Source of the DNA: Planctomycetota bacterium
Lineage (GTDB): Bacteria > Planctomycetota > UBA1135 > UBA2386
Direction: 5' to 3'
Assembly: GCA_965228735.1 (NCBI GenBank)
Contig: OZ245838.1
Span: 576,001 to 640,000 of the forward strand
DNA length: 64,000 bases
Position numbers and translations under genes: made by a program. The notes under the pieces were generated by a model. It saw only the letters and a program-made list of their open reading frames with translations. It was not told the origin of the DNA and searched no databases. Positions 39,899 to 50,118 of the stretch are shown one piece after another. Each line of letters starts with the position of its first letter. The first letter of the stretch is position 1.

Positions 39899-41395
39899 TT
39901 ACTTCCGCGGACCATCTGTGAGGCCGAGATCCTGCGCGTCTCGCGCCCCGTTCTCAGATGGCTTCACCTTCGGCTTCCGGTCCAGTTCGTCCTTCAGTCG
40001 CTTGTAGTCCAGGTAGTGGAAGATCCCCTGGATGCTGTTCGTCGCCGAACAGACGAATGCGGTGAAGAGCTCGGCGATAGTCGCCTCCCTCTTCGTCAGC
40101 TCTTCCGCGACGCGGAGCACGACGCGCGGATCGGGTTCGCGCGCGTCCACGAATCGTTGCCACCAAGTCCTGGCAGACTTGGGAGCCGCGTCGACCTCGA
40201 GGCTCGGAAGGACCTCTTCGAGCCGTTCGCGAATCTGATCGTGCGTCCAGCCCCTCGTGTTCGTGATTCCATCGACACGGCCGAACTCGCGCGTGACGAA
40301 CGGTGGGAGGGCCGGGCGGTCCTCCTTCGCAGCTCGCGTCGATGCTCCGTAGTGGAAACGGGCCTTCTGTCCCTCGTCCACCGTCCGGCAGGTAACCTCG
40401 ATCCGATGCACGGGCCTCTGCTCCTGAAGGAGGCGCCAGATCGTCGGCTCGAGAACCTTCGTCGCGACCCGGTCCAGCGCTCGAGCTCCGGTCCCAAGGG
40501 ACAGCGCACGTCGGGCGATGGCTCGCATGGCTCCTTTCGAGATCGAGAGCTTGGCACCGTGTTTCGCGGCGAACGCTTGGGTGCTGCGGATGATCGATGC
40601 CTTGGAGTCCGAGAGTACACGTTCGAGCTCGTCGAGCGTCAGCGGGCGCAGGTGGGCGACGGTCGTGAAACGCCCGAGAAGTTCCGGGATCATGCCGAAC
40701 TCGACGAGCGCTCCGTGGCCTTCGAGCTCCGGGGAGACCGGGCCGGGATCACCTTGGATGCCTGTGAATCCGAGAGATCCTCGTCGGTGGCGGGAATCGA
40801 GGATCTCCTCCATCCCAGGAAACGCGCCGGCACACACGAAGAGAATCCCGCGAGTGTTGACCATCGTCGTCTCGCCCTCTCGGCGGATGGCAACCTTGGC
40901 GCCGTCCATCAGTTTCAGCAGGGACTGCTGCACGCCTTCGCCGGAGATGTCCCTCGAGCCGTCGGTCGACCGGCGCTTCTTGTCGATCTCGTCAATGAAG
41001 ATGATCCCGCGCTCCGCTCGGCGCACGTCGCCATCGGCCGCATGCAGCAGTCGGTGCACGATGCTGTCTGGGTGTTCGCCCGCATAGCCGACCTCGACGA
41101 GATTCGTCGCGGAGCACGTGGCGATGGGGGGGGCGATCAGACGGCCGAGCTCTCGGACCATTCGGGTCTTCCCACAGCCGGTTGGGCCTACGAGCAAGAC
41201 GTGCTGAGCGCCGAATGCTGGACCGTTGTGTTCGGAGGCCTCCGAGAGGCCCAGCTGGTGTCGGTACACGGCAAGCGCCAGGGCACGTTTCGCATGGTCC
41301 TGCCCGATGATGATCCGGTCGAGGTCCCTTACGAGCTCCGGAGGGCGCGACAGCGGAAGCCGGGCATGCCTCGGATGAGGCACTACCATGAGCAC
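39899..41395 (-). CDS. ClpX-like AAA+ ATPase lacking the zinc-binding domain, with a novel C-terminal extension
   Basis: IIGQDHAKRAL, GPTGCGKT, FIDEIDK, RDISGEGVQQSLLK, GMIPELLGR, GARAL; LGF loop present. Confidence 0.88.
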   Translation of the reverse strand: MLMVVPHPRHARLPLSRPPELVRDLDRIIIGQDHAKRALALAVYRHQLGLSEASEHNGPAFGAQHVLLVGPTGCGKTRMVRELGRLIAPPIATCSATNLVEVGYAGEHPDSIVHRLLHAADGDVRRAERGIIFIDEIDKKRRSTDGSRDISGEGVQQSLLKLMDGAKVAIRREGETTMVNTRGILFVCAGAFPGMEEILDSRHRRGSLGFTGIQGDPGPVSPELEGHGALVEFGMIPELLGRFTTVAHLRPLTLDELERVLSDSKASIIRSTQAFAAKHGAKLSISKGAMRAIARRALSLGTGARALDRVATKVLEPTIWRLLQEQRPVHRIEVTCRTVDEGQKARFHYGASTRAAKEDRPALPPFVTREFGRVDGITNTRGWTHDQIRERLEEVLPSLEVDAAPKSARTWWQRFVDAREPDPRVVLRVAEELTKREATIAELFTAFVCSATNSIQGIFHYLDYKRLKDELDRKPKVKPSENGARDAQDLGLTDGPRK

Positions 41396-42813
41396 ACTCC
41401 GACCGTCTGGATGTCGCGGGCGGTCGCGACGATGTCTTCGGCAAGCGCGAGGTCATTCGCGGATGGGCCGCCGACCGTGAGGAAGTTGTAGCCGACCCCT
41501 CCGTCTTCCAGGCCGTCGAAGACCGGTGCCCGGGGCATGCTGTAGAAGTCCAGGTGGTGCCCCGCCTCGGCCATCCCGCGAGCGAGCTGAGTCCCTGGCA
41601 GCACCGTTTGCACGTTGGGATAGAACCCGGCGACCTTGACGTCGGTGTCGCGGACCGCATCGGTCAGGTCGCGAGTCAGGTTCAGGGACCGTCTGTTCTC
41701 GAGAACGACCCCCTTGGTCGACATCGAGCCGAACATCAGCGACAGCCCGACCCGCGGCCCCTGCTTCGCGATCCACTTCGTGCGTTCCGCGACCAGTCTT
41801 GGCTGCAGCTGCGGCTTCCGGATGCCCTCGAGCACGTCCGGAGCGCCCGATTCGATGCCGGCATAGAGGTAGGTGCAACCATGGTCAGCGAGTTCGGCGA
41901 TGCGTCGCTCGGTGAGGGTCGGCAGGTAGACCTGGCAGCCCCATTCGCGGTCGAGACCGCGTAGTAGCGGAAGCAGTTCGGAGCTCGAGCCGTTGCCGGC
42001 CGGGAAGATGCTGTCCTGGAAGTAGAGTGCGGCGTCCGGGACACGGTCGGCTAGTTCTTCGACCCATCCGTAGTCGCTTGTGCGGAACACGCTGCCATCC
42101 CGGTTGGCCTCCGCGCAGAACGTGCACCGCCCATACGAGCAGCCACGGGAGACCATGAGCGGAATCGTCGACGGGGCCTCGAACACGTCGAATCGTGGGT
42201 AGCTCTCGGGAACCACGAGCGGCCGCGGGTCGCGGAAGCGACTGGGGCCGCGGTCGAACTCGACCCTCGCGGGCCAGTTGCAGTTCGCGACCGTGAACAC
42301 CCCACAGGTGGTGGCCTCGTCGAGCTCGCCCGGGTGCAGGTCCCGCGCGAAATCCGCTGCCGTTCGATTGTCTGTCAGATACAGCTCGAGCACGCCCTGC
42401 AGGGCCGAGGGTGCTTCGCCGCCGATCGAGATGTGCACACCGGGGAGTCGGTTGGCGGTCTTGGTGCCGATGTCGTTCTCGTGTGGCCCGCCTACGATGA
42501 CGAGGGTCTCAGGCGCGAAGAGGGAGCTCGTTGCGGCGATCCGCGCCGTTTCTTCGATGGCTGCCGTAGACGTCGAGATGCACAGCGCGCGTACTCGCCC
42601 GGTCGCGAGCAGACCCTCAAGGTGCCGGTAGAACTCGGCGGTCGGGCTGCCGGGGTCGAGGTAGCTCACTTGGCGTTTCGGGTTGGCTACGACGAAGGGG
42701 CCGGCAGCTGCGAACATGCTGCTCGGCACCGCGCGAAACTTCAGACGGCCGGGGTAGGGGGCGTGGACGAAGAGGACCTCTGGTGGGGTCACGGCTTCTC
42801 GGAGGACGGCCAT
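41383..42813 (-). CDS. B12-binding-domain radical SAM protein
   Basis: VIVGGPHE...GGEA N-domain; SRGCSYGRCTFC; GIESG. Overlaps the ClpX-like gene. Confidence 0.85.
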   Translation of the reverse strand: MAVLREAVTPPEVLFVHAPYPGRLKFRAVPSSMFAAAGPFVVANPKRQVSYLDPGSPTAEFYRHLEGLLATGRVRALCISTSTAAIEETARIAATSSLFAPETLVIVGGPHENDIGTKTANRLPGVHISIGGEAPSALQGVLELYLTDNRTAADFARDLHPGELDEATTCGVFTVANCNWPARVEFDRGPSRFRDPRPLVVPESYPRFDVFEAPSTIPLMVSRGCSYGRCTFCAEANRDGSVFRTSDYGWVEELADRVPDAALYFQDSIFPAGNGSSSELLPLLRGLDREWGCQVYLPTLTERRIAELADHGCTYLYAGIESGAPDVLEGIRKPQLQPRLVAERTKWIAKQGPRVGLSLMFGSMSTKGVVLENRRSLNLTRDLTDAVRDTDVKVAGFYPNVQTVLPGTQLARGMAEAGHHLDFYSMPRAPVFDGLEDGGVGYNFLTVGGPSANDLALAEDIVATARDIQTVGVCSW

Positions 42814-42886
42814 ACGGTCTAGATGCTAGATCCGAAACTGGGATATGCCAAGTGGGGAAGTAGGATTCGGTGCAGAGACTCCACAG

Positions 42887-43138
42887 ATGCCCAAGTCCAC
42901 CCATACGCCCGAGTACCGAGTGCTTCGGGATCTGCTGCGCGAGCTACGCGAGCGTGAGGGGACTCTTCAGGCCGACTTGGCGGAGAGTCTCGGGGTGCCC
43001 CAGTCCTACGTGAGCAAATCCGAGAACGGTGAGCGGCGGCTCGACATCCTCGAGGTGCGGGAGTGGTGTCGCGGGTTGGGGGTGCCGTTCGTTGAGTTCA
43101 GCAAGGAGCTGGATCGGCGTTTGCGTAGAAAGCGGTGA
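42887..43138 (+). CDS. XRE-family HTH regulator
   Basis: LRELRE...QADLAESLGVPQSYVSKSENGERRLD; divergent from the radical SAM gene. Confidence 0.9.
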   Translation: MPKSTHTPEYRVLRDLLRELREREGTLQADLAESLGVPQSYVSKSENGERRLDILEVREWCRGLGVPFVEFSKELDRRLRRKR

Positions 43139-43204
43139 GAATCGAGCGTGACCGCGAGGTCGGTAGCCGTGCACTGATTCGCGTGCCACGGACCGTGCGC
43201 CCGA

Positions 43205-43885
43205 CTACGCCAGGCAGTCGTCCTCCAGCCGCGTACCTCGCCTCCAGGCAGATTCGTAGGCCTCGAGGAATGCGCGAGTGATCGTCGGATGTCGGAGTTC
43301 GATCAGGTGTCGTAGCACGAGGCCGTCCCCGAACGTTTCCGTTTCGGTTGGGTGGTATCCGGGAACGGCGATCAGGACGGCGTCCTCATCGACGACCGCG
43401 AAGCTCAGCGGGAGCGGGTTCCCCGACGCGGTCTCGACAAACCTCTGGCGAAGAAGCTCGTGCGGCCCGAACTCGCGGATCCAGCGAACTCCGGCTTGAC
43501 GGTGGTCAGGACGTACGAAGATCAGGCGACGAATCTCGATGCCGCGCTCGAGCAGTCGACGGTAGAGGCCCAAGAGCTCATCGTGAGGCGCGTCGTCGTC
43601 GAGATGGATGAGGAGCAGGCTGCGGTGGGCGTGTCGGAACAGATCCGCGTAGCCGCGCCCGTGCAGGGCCCCATCGAGGTGCACACGCGCCACTCGGTTG
43701 CCGGAAGCAGCGGCAAGCAGCCCGACGAGAAAGGTGAGGAGGAGGAAGCCCGCCGTTCCAAGCGCGACCGTTGGGCCCGGGACCTCGAGTAACGAGGCCG
43801 CTGTAGCACCGAGTCCGGCCAAGCCGAGTGCGATCTCGACCTGTGCTGTCGTGAATGGAAACCAAGCGAGCTTCCTCTCCATCAT
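43205..43885 (-). CDS. Two-TM protein with a degenerate PLD-like domain
   Basis: Two hydrophobic helices, then AHRSLLL...RGIEIRRL...SFAVVDEDAVLI...FLEAYESAW; no intact HxK motif. Confidence 0.65.
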   Translation of the reverse strand: MMERKLAWFPFTTAQVEIALGLAGLGATAASLLEVPGPTVALGTAGFLLLTFLVGLLAAASGNRVARVHLDGALHGRGYADLFRHAHRSLLLIHLDDDAPHDELLGLYRRLLERGIEIRRLIFVRPDHRQAGVRWIREFGPHELLRQRFVETASGNPLPLSFAVVDEDAVLIAVPGYHPTETETFGDGLVLRHLIELRHPTITRAFLEAYESAWRRGTRLEDDCLA

Positions 43886-45351
43886 CCCTCCTGATTTGAG
43901 GGTCTCATGGATCGGAGGGCTACTCAAGTCGGCGGGTTGCGAGCGGTCTTGGGTTGAGGGAGAAAGTGGCTAGCCCAATAGCTGTGGCTTCCCGGAAGGA
44001 TGCCGCTCCTCAGGCGAGCGCAGCCCTCTTGTGTTCCCGTGAAGCTCTAAGGGGAGGACGGCAACCATCGCAAGATCGAATGAGGCGGCTGAGGGTCCGC
44101 TCGAGGATTGCTGTTGCCCAGTGGGCTAGTCGCGTCGACCAACTCATCTAGAACTTCTGCACGAGTTCCAGAGCTCGCTTCCCATAGGTCGCGAGCTCGT
44201 CGCTATCGACCAACTGCCCGCTGCTCGTGCCATCGTCTTGTGGGTGGTGGTATCGCTTCGCGTAATCCTTGAGGTCCTCCAAGTCTTCGAGGATGCACTT
44301 GGCCTGTGCGAGCGGAGATCCTTCGTCGGCGTCCGCGATGGCCTTCACGTAGTCGCCGAGCCATCCCTTCGCGTCAAGCTGGTTCGGCAACTTCCACCGA
44401 AGGTACTTCTCCAGCAGGACGCGCATTGTCTTCACAACACTCTCGGGGCTGCCATCGCGATACTCGCAATACTTCCAGAGTGTCGTGAAGTTCTGATAGT
44501 ACTCCTCAAGCACTTCGCTCTCGATGTCCCACTCCATCACGCCGCCAAGCTCAGTGAGCTGGAGTGTCTTCTTCTCGGCCGCGGGCAACTCGTCCCATAT
44601 GAGCTTTAGGAAGTTGGGGTCGTGGGACAGAACGACAACTTGGCGTGTCTTCTGGGCGAGCCTTCTGATGCTCTGCTGAGTGCAGACTCTTCTCCCGCGA
44701 TCCTGGCTAGTAAAGGGGTCGTCCAGCACGACCACTTTGTCCGCCAGGTTTGGACTCGCCTCGACCTGAGCGAAAAAGAACGCCAACGCAAGAGCGCTCT
44801 TGTCACCTGCGCTGAGCGTGTTCTTGAACGACGCCTGGTCATTGGGCGTCTTGAGGTCCCCTAGCCTCACCTCCTCCCATGAACCCTCGTGCGCCTCGAT
44901 GGCTAGGCAATAAGTCGTGCGAGGCTTCCCGCCCGGAAACTCGGCCGCCGTCTTTCGAACTCTGAAGGATGTGCCGAACCTCTTGAGATACTCGTTGATG
45001 CGCTTTTCGTAGCGTTGAAAGACGCTCTCGGAGTAATTCTCGAGCTTCTGTTTTGCCTTCAACTTCTCGAGGTCAGCTGCAGCTCTCTTGGTCCGTGCGG
45101 CGAGTAGCTCCTGGCATGCTGCTGTTGCCTCCGCCCCCGCTCGAGTATTCGTCGCCGCGAGTTCGGCAAGGTCTTGTCTTGCCTCCGTCAGGCCTCCCTT
45201 GCGCGATTCCTCTTGCTTGGCCCGCATTGCAGCGTTGACCCTCTCGACGGCCGAGTTGTAAGCCATCACCGAGGACCGTGCCTGAGCGACTGCTTCCTCT
45301 GCCGCACTCAGTTCCAGAGCAATATCGATTGCCTCTAGCGGCGCCTCACAC

Positions 45352-46776
45352 GGTAGTGCAGCATGCGTTCTGTAAACCGCCCGAGGCAGCTTGACGCAGT
45401 CGGCGGTGGTCGTCGCGGTCGGTCTGGGCGCTGCACCCTGGGTGCAGTGGCCAGGCCGACCGCGACGACCACCGCCGGCGCGGACGGATGCTTCAAGTCG
45501 GCGAGTCACGACGCTCAGCTTTTGTTAACCACAACGAAAGCAGAACGAAGTGACCCACCAATCCGAAAGTAGCACGCTCGACACCGTCTTGGAATCCATC
45601 GCAACGCAGGGTCTGGGAGGGATCGCGGACGCGATCCGCGTCCTCGTGAACGAGGCCATGAAGATCGAGCGATCCGCGTTCCTGGGCGCCGGTCCAAACG
45701 AGCGTACCGAGTCACGACGGGGCTACGCCAACGGCTTCAAGCCGAAGACCGTGGCGACTCGCGTCGGCGCGATCGAGTTCGCCGTCCCGCAGGTCCGCGA
45801 GGCCGTCGACGGCGAACGCTTCTATCCGACGGCACTCGAACGCGGGATTCGCTCGGAGCGCGCCCTGAAGCTCGCGGTCGCCGAGATGTACGTCCAGGGC
45901 GTCTCGACCCGCAAGGTCGCCGCGATCACCGAGGAGCTCTGCGGAGTACAGGTGTCGTCCCAGCAGGTCTCCCGGGCCGCCGCGGCACTCGACGACGAGC
46001 TGCAGCAGTGGCGGATGCGCGAGCTCGGCCGGTGCCGCTACCTGGTCCTCGATGCCCGCTACGAAAAGGTCCGGCACGCCGGCTCCGTCATGAGCGCCGC
46101 CGTCCTGATCGCGACGGGCGTCGATGATGCAGGCCATCGCTCGGTCCTCGGCGTCAGCGTGTCGCGCTCGGAAGCCGAGGTCCACTGGCGCGACTTCCTC
46201 GACAGCCTGCGTGAACGTGGCCTGCACGGGCTCGGACTCATCGTCAGTGACGACCACTCTGGCCTCCGCCAAGCTTTGGCGGCGAGCTTTCCCGGAGTCG
46301 CTTGGCAACGCTGCCAGTTCCACCTGCAACGCAACGCCGCTCCACGAGTGCCGACCGTCTCGTTGCGCCCGTCGATCGCTCGTGGACTTCGTGCGGTCTT
46401 CAACGCTCCAGACCGACCTGAGGCCGAACGGCTTCTTGATAGGCTTCTGGAGGATCACGCGGAAACCGCTCCCGACTTTGTCCGGTGGGCTCGCGACAAC
46501 GTCCCCGACGGCTTCGCTGTCTTCGCGATCCCGGCGACGCACCGTCGCTGCCTTCGCACGACCAACATGCTCGAGCGCCTCAACAAGGAGCTCCTGCGCC
46601 GCACCCGCGTTGCGACGCTCTTCCCCAACGACGCCTCTCTTCTCCGGCTCGCCACCGCGGTCCTCATGGAGATCAGCGAGGACTGGGTGACTGGCCGTCG
46701 CTATCTCTCCATGGACGCTGAGTGAAATGATTCGCCGACTATGGGCTCGCTCTTACAGAACGAATGTTGCTTTGCC
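45352..46776 (+). mobile_element. IS256-family insertion sequence, 1425 bp
   Basis: Imperfect 24-bp terminal IRs (GGTAGTGCAGCATGCGTTCTGTAA / GGCAAAGCAACATTCGTTCTGTAA); 8-bp TSD CCTCACAC at 45344-45351 and 46777-46784. Confidence 0.95.
45550..46725 (+). CDS. IS256 (Mutator-like) transposase
   Basis: EMYVQGVSTRKV, LDARYEKVR, SDDHSGL, WQRCQFH, TTNMLERLN. Confidence 0.96.
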   Translation: MTHQSESSTLDTVLESIATQGLGGIADAIRVLVNEAMKIERSAFLGAGPNERTESRRGYANGFKPKTVATRVGAIEFAVPQVREAVDGERFYPTALERGIRSERALKLAVAEMYVQGVSTRKVAAITEELCGVQVSSQQVSRAAAALDDELQQWRMRELGRCRYLVLDARYEKVRHAGSVMSAAVLIATGVDDAGHRSVLGVSVSRSEAEVHWRDFLDSLRERGLHGLGLIVSDDHSGLRQALAASFPGVAWQRCQFHLQRNAAPRVPTVSLRPSIARGLRAVFNAPDRPEAERLLDRLLEDHAETAPDFVRWARDNVPDGFAVFAIPATHRRCLRTTNMLERLNKELLRRTRVATLFPNDASLLRLATAVLMEISEDWVTGRRYLSMDAE

Positions 46777-48436
46777 CCTCACACTTCCTTGCCAAGGCAT
46801 CTCGGGCGACGCTTTGCAAGGACAGGAGGCTCTCGCTGAGGGCGTCGACGTCTAGCTCGAGCTGCTCATCGGTGGTGAGGTAGCTTCTCCAGTCTTCCAG
46901 AAGCCTGGTGTTGCCATCGAGCGTCTGCTGAATCCGGAGGAACGTGGTTTCGCTCACAAACGTGTCGAGCCTGGCCCTCCATGCTTCCACCGCGGCCTTG
47001 TGCTCTCGGTAACTCCCGGCGAAGTGGGTTCGGTAGGCTGCTAGAAGCTCTCGACCACTGAGCAGCGTTCCGCAGAACGGGCAATCGTCGTTAAGCATCA
47101 GGTTCACGCCTTGGTGCAGCCATGACTCATCCGTAGCCCTCATGTGATTGGTGGCGTGCTCCTGAATCAGCGCCTCAGCGTTCTCCGAGACATCCTCAAG
47201 CGTTGATCCGAGGATCTGGGCTAGCCCAGCAGGGAAGGTCGGAATTGTTACTGTCGATAGCAGGCTCTTCCCCTGAACTTCGGTCGAGGCTTCGAGCAGT
47301 GCGACGCGGCGCTTCGCCTCCTCGAACTTGGTATCGAAATCATCGCCCTTCTCAAGTGACAAGAACTTCTCCACCGCCATCGCGTGCGGCATGAGCTTCT
47401 GGACTTCGGCCTGTCTCTCTTTCTCCTCCCGAATCGCTTCGCGACTAGCTGCGTCCTTCGCATCGCAGTCTTCTTTCAGTTCGAGTCCTTCTTCTCCGAG
47501 GATGACGTTGTAGAGGTTTCGCCTCTGGTCGTGGCCAACGCATTCGCCCGCGTGGACGTTGTCGTTCACGAAGCGTGAGTCATACACCTCAAGGTGTGCG
47601 ACCGTGCCTGTCCATCCCCCCGACCGGAAGTCGCATTTGCCGGCCTCAGTGAGGAGCTCGACTTCTGGGCCGTCAGCGCAGCCGAGCGTCTGTCTTCCCA
47701 TGATGTAGGAACCGTCACCCGTGCGGAGCGACCGAAGGATGTCACACAAGGTGGTCTTGCCCCGCGCATTCGGCGCGAACATCAGTGTCGCGCGTCGAAA
47801 TTGGACATCTCCGGAAGATCCGCAGTTGCGAAACTTGCCGACATTCTTGATTGCAACAACCTTCTTCAGCATTGCGATGCCTCCAGGGGTTCGAGGCCCC
47901 AGATACCCGGGCAGAAGCTGTGCCGACATGGCGGGTTGCGAGCAACTACCTCTGCGAACATCCGGTCGTACTTCTACGGGGCGCGTTCGGGAAGGCTCTG
48001 GCTAAGGAGTTCTGGATTGATGCGAGAAACTGTCACGTGCGCTCGTTCATGTTCGGCGCGTGCACGGGGCTCGCTGGGTGCGACGGAACGCGGTCGGAGG
48101 GAAGGATCACGAGGCAGCCGTGGGCGGGGCTTTAGCACTGAACGGGAGAGAGTGCGGGAGTCCGTCCAGGAACAACCTGTGGTCTCAACCGCTCTGCCTG
48201 TCAGGCGATGGCGTCGCGGGACGCGACCAGCCTGGCCAAACAAATCGGAGCGGGGATCAAGCAACGGAACGTGGTATGGCCGCCATGCGCGGGAAACCAC
48301 GGCGCAACCACTCGTCGAGCATGACCTATCTCTTCGTCAATAAGAGGCGATTACGAACAGTTCGGACCACTTCGGGGCGGCTGGCGAACCATCGTGACCG
48401 TTGCAGCTAGCATCCGCGATGCGGGCTGGCGCACGG

Positions 48437-48982
48437 TCAGGATCCATCGGCAACCTCCTTTGTGCTGTCGGTTGCGATGCGGAGTACGCATCCCTCGACT
48501 GAGGAATAGAACTCCTCACCAGGGCCGACAATGACCGAGTCGAGTAGCTCGATACCGAGTAGCTGACCCGCTTCGCGCAGGCGTTCTGTGATCGCGCGAT
48601 CGTCACTCGACGGGTGCACGTCTCCGGATGGGTGGTTGTGCACGACGATGAGTGCCGCGGCATTGGCCAGGAAGGCCGCCTTGAACACTTCCCGAGGGTG
48701 AACAACCGTGGCCTGGGGTGTGCCACACGAGACGATGTGCACATGAGTCACGAAGTGGCGCGTGTTGAGGTAGAGGGCGGCGAAGTGCTCGCGGTCAGCC
48801 TCACCGATGAGCTCGCGCATCATCTTGGCAACGTCAAGTGCACTCCGGAGCGGTCCCGGTGGCACATAGCTGTTCGGGACCTCGAGCTTCGTCTCGAGCA
48901 TCCTGATCATCGGCGCTGCGAGCGGCGATGGGGGGAGAGTGCGCTGGTGCGCCTCGTCGTTCTTCTTCTTGCTGCGTTTCAA
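48437..48982 (-). CDS. radC: RadC-like JAB domain protein (mobile-element type)
   Basis: DREHF...VHPREVF...HNHPSGDVHPSSDD...LLDSVIV; TTG start behind AGGAGG. Confidence 0.9.
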   Translation of the reverse strand: MKRSKKKNDEAHQRTLPPSPLAAPMIRMLETKLEVPNSYVPPGPLRSALDVAKMMRELIGEADREHFAALYLNTRHFVTHVHIVSCGTPQATVVHPREVFKAAFLANAAALIVVHNHPSGDVHPSSDDRAITERLREAGQLLGIELLDSVIVGPGEEFYSSVEGCVLRIATDSTKEVADGS

Positions 48983-49507
48983 TCCGCCTCCTTGGTTGCG
49001 GCCTGGGGTTGGCGCCGCGCCCGCGATGGCGGACGAGTCGCTAACCCCAGGTCCGGAGGGGATGCGCAGTCTGGTGAGCGTCGAAACGACGCTCAGAACC
49101 TTTATTGGACGGACTACCCGAGAAACTGCCGCCCGAAGGCGGCAGAGAAAGAACACTGCCCAGGCGAACCCGAGCATCAACACCTCGAGAGTGACACGTC
49201 CTGGTTCCTTACGCAAATCGGCGTCGTCGAGTTTTCAGCTGCCGTTGGAGCCGTTCGTCGGTGTGGGCCTTCGTCAGAAGGCAGGGCCACGCCGGCGGGC
49301 GCGGTGCGCAGCCCGGTTGTTCTGGTCGGCGCAGTTGCCGTAGGTGAGTTCAGAGGGAGGGCCTTCTGGCATCTGAGCGTGGATCGACAGTTGTGTAGGG
49401 CGAAGAGGATAGAACCGTGACCCGAAGGGCGAAGCGGGCGCGAAGCGCCTGGCGCGGTTCTTTCCTCCGCCCGGTGACTACTCCCGGACCGGGAGTCAGC
49501 AGTCGCT

Positions 49508-49732
49508 TCAGGTGAATCCCATCGCGGCGCGCTGCTGGGCAAGGAAGGCTTCGATCTGCGCGGCTTGGCGCGGGTCTGGCTCGTCTCGATCCTGGTCGTC
49601 GTCGGGCGAGGTGTTCTGGTCGGCCGCGATGGGCTCGGACTCGCGACGCTTCGGCTCGGCCGGGACTTCGGATGGCTTGTCGTGAACGGGACGTCTGTGT
49701 TGGTCTCTCATCACGCGCGCGTGAGAGACCAA
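49508..49732 (-). CDS. Small acidic hypothetical protein
   Basis: Co-oriented after the par genes; C-terminal amphipathic helix; start uncertain. Confidence 0.35.
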   Translation of the reverse strand: MVSHARVMRDQHRRPVHDKPSEVPAEPKRRESEPIAADQNTSPDDDQDRDEPDPRQAAQIEAFLAQQRAAMGFT

Positions 49733-49782
49733 CTCAGGCAGTCACCGCGCAGCAGCCAGCGCAGGCCGCTTGGCGGGGGCTG

Positions 49783-50118
49783 TCAGAATCCCAGTCGCTT
49801 CAGCTCTGCATGGAGTGCCTGGCTGACGAGTTCCTGAATCGTGCTTGGCTCGACCTCGCTCATCCTGCACTCGAAGACAGCTCGACGTGCACGCTGGTAG
49901 ATGTCGGCGGGGACGCGGGTGTTGAGCTGCATGTCCGGATGCGTTGCGGCGGCAGACGCGGAGGTCGCCGGAGCCGTTCGTGTGTTCGTGGCGGGGCCGC
50001 TACGAATGAAGGCGCCGACTTCCGGGTCGAGGAATGCTCGTCGCTTCGCGGCGACGTCTCCGACGGCCGGCGGGTTCTGGTCGCCGGTCAGAGCGTCGGA
50101 CATCTTGCGTTCAGCCAT
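49783..50118 (-). CDS. ParG/RHH-like partition partner
   Basis: Overlaps the parA 3' end; flexible N-terminus then QLNTRVPADIYQRAR...IQELVSQALHAEL. Confidence 0.75.
   Translation of the reverse strand: MAERKMSDALTGDQNPPAVGDVAAKRRAFLDPEVGAFIRSGPATNTRTAPATSASAAATHPDMQLNTRVPADIYQRARRAVFECRMSEVEPSTIQELVSQALHAELKRLGF

Larger units (their letters stand above)
44148..47872 (-). pseudogene. AAA_13/RloC-like Rad50-type ATPase interrupted by IS256
   Basis: Walker A APNARGKT, zinc hook CPFC, LSAGDK, VVLDDP, LSH and C-terminal KRYHH. Removing the IS and one TSD restores a 763-aa frame (...ARKCE-APLE...). Confidence 0.88.

Noticed and set aside
39899..41395. Housekeeping clpX
   Set aside because: No N-terminal zinc-binding domain, no clpP/tig context, extra C-terminal domain, and located in an accessory island
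40016..41491. Long plus-strand ORF (491 aa) and similar antisense ORFs across the window
   Set aside because: Shadows of real genes in high-GC DNA, with no motifs
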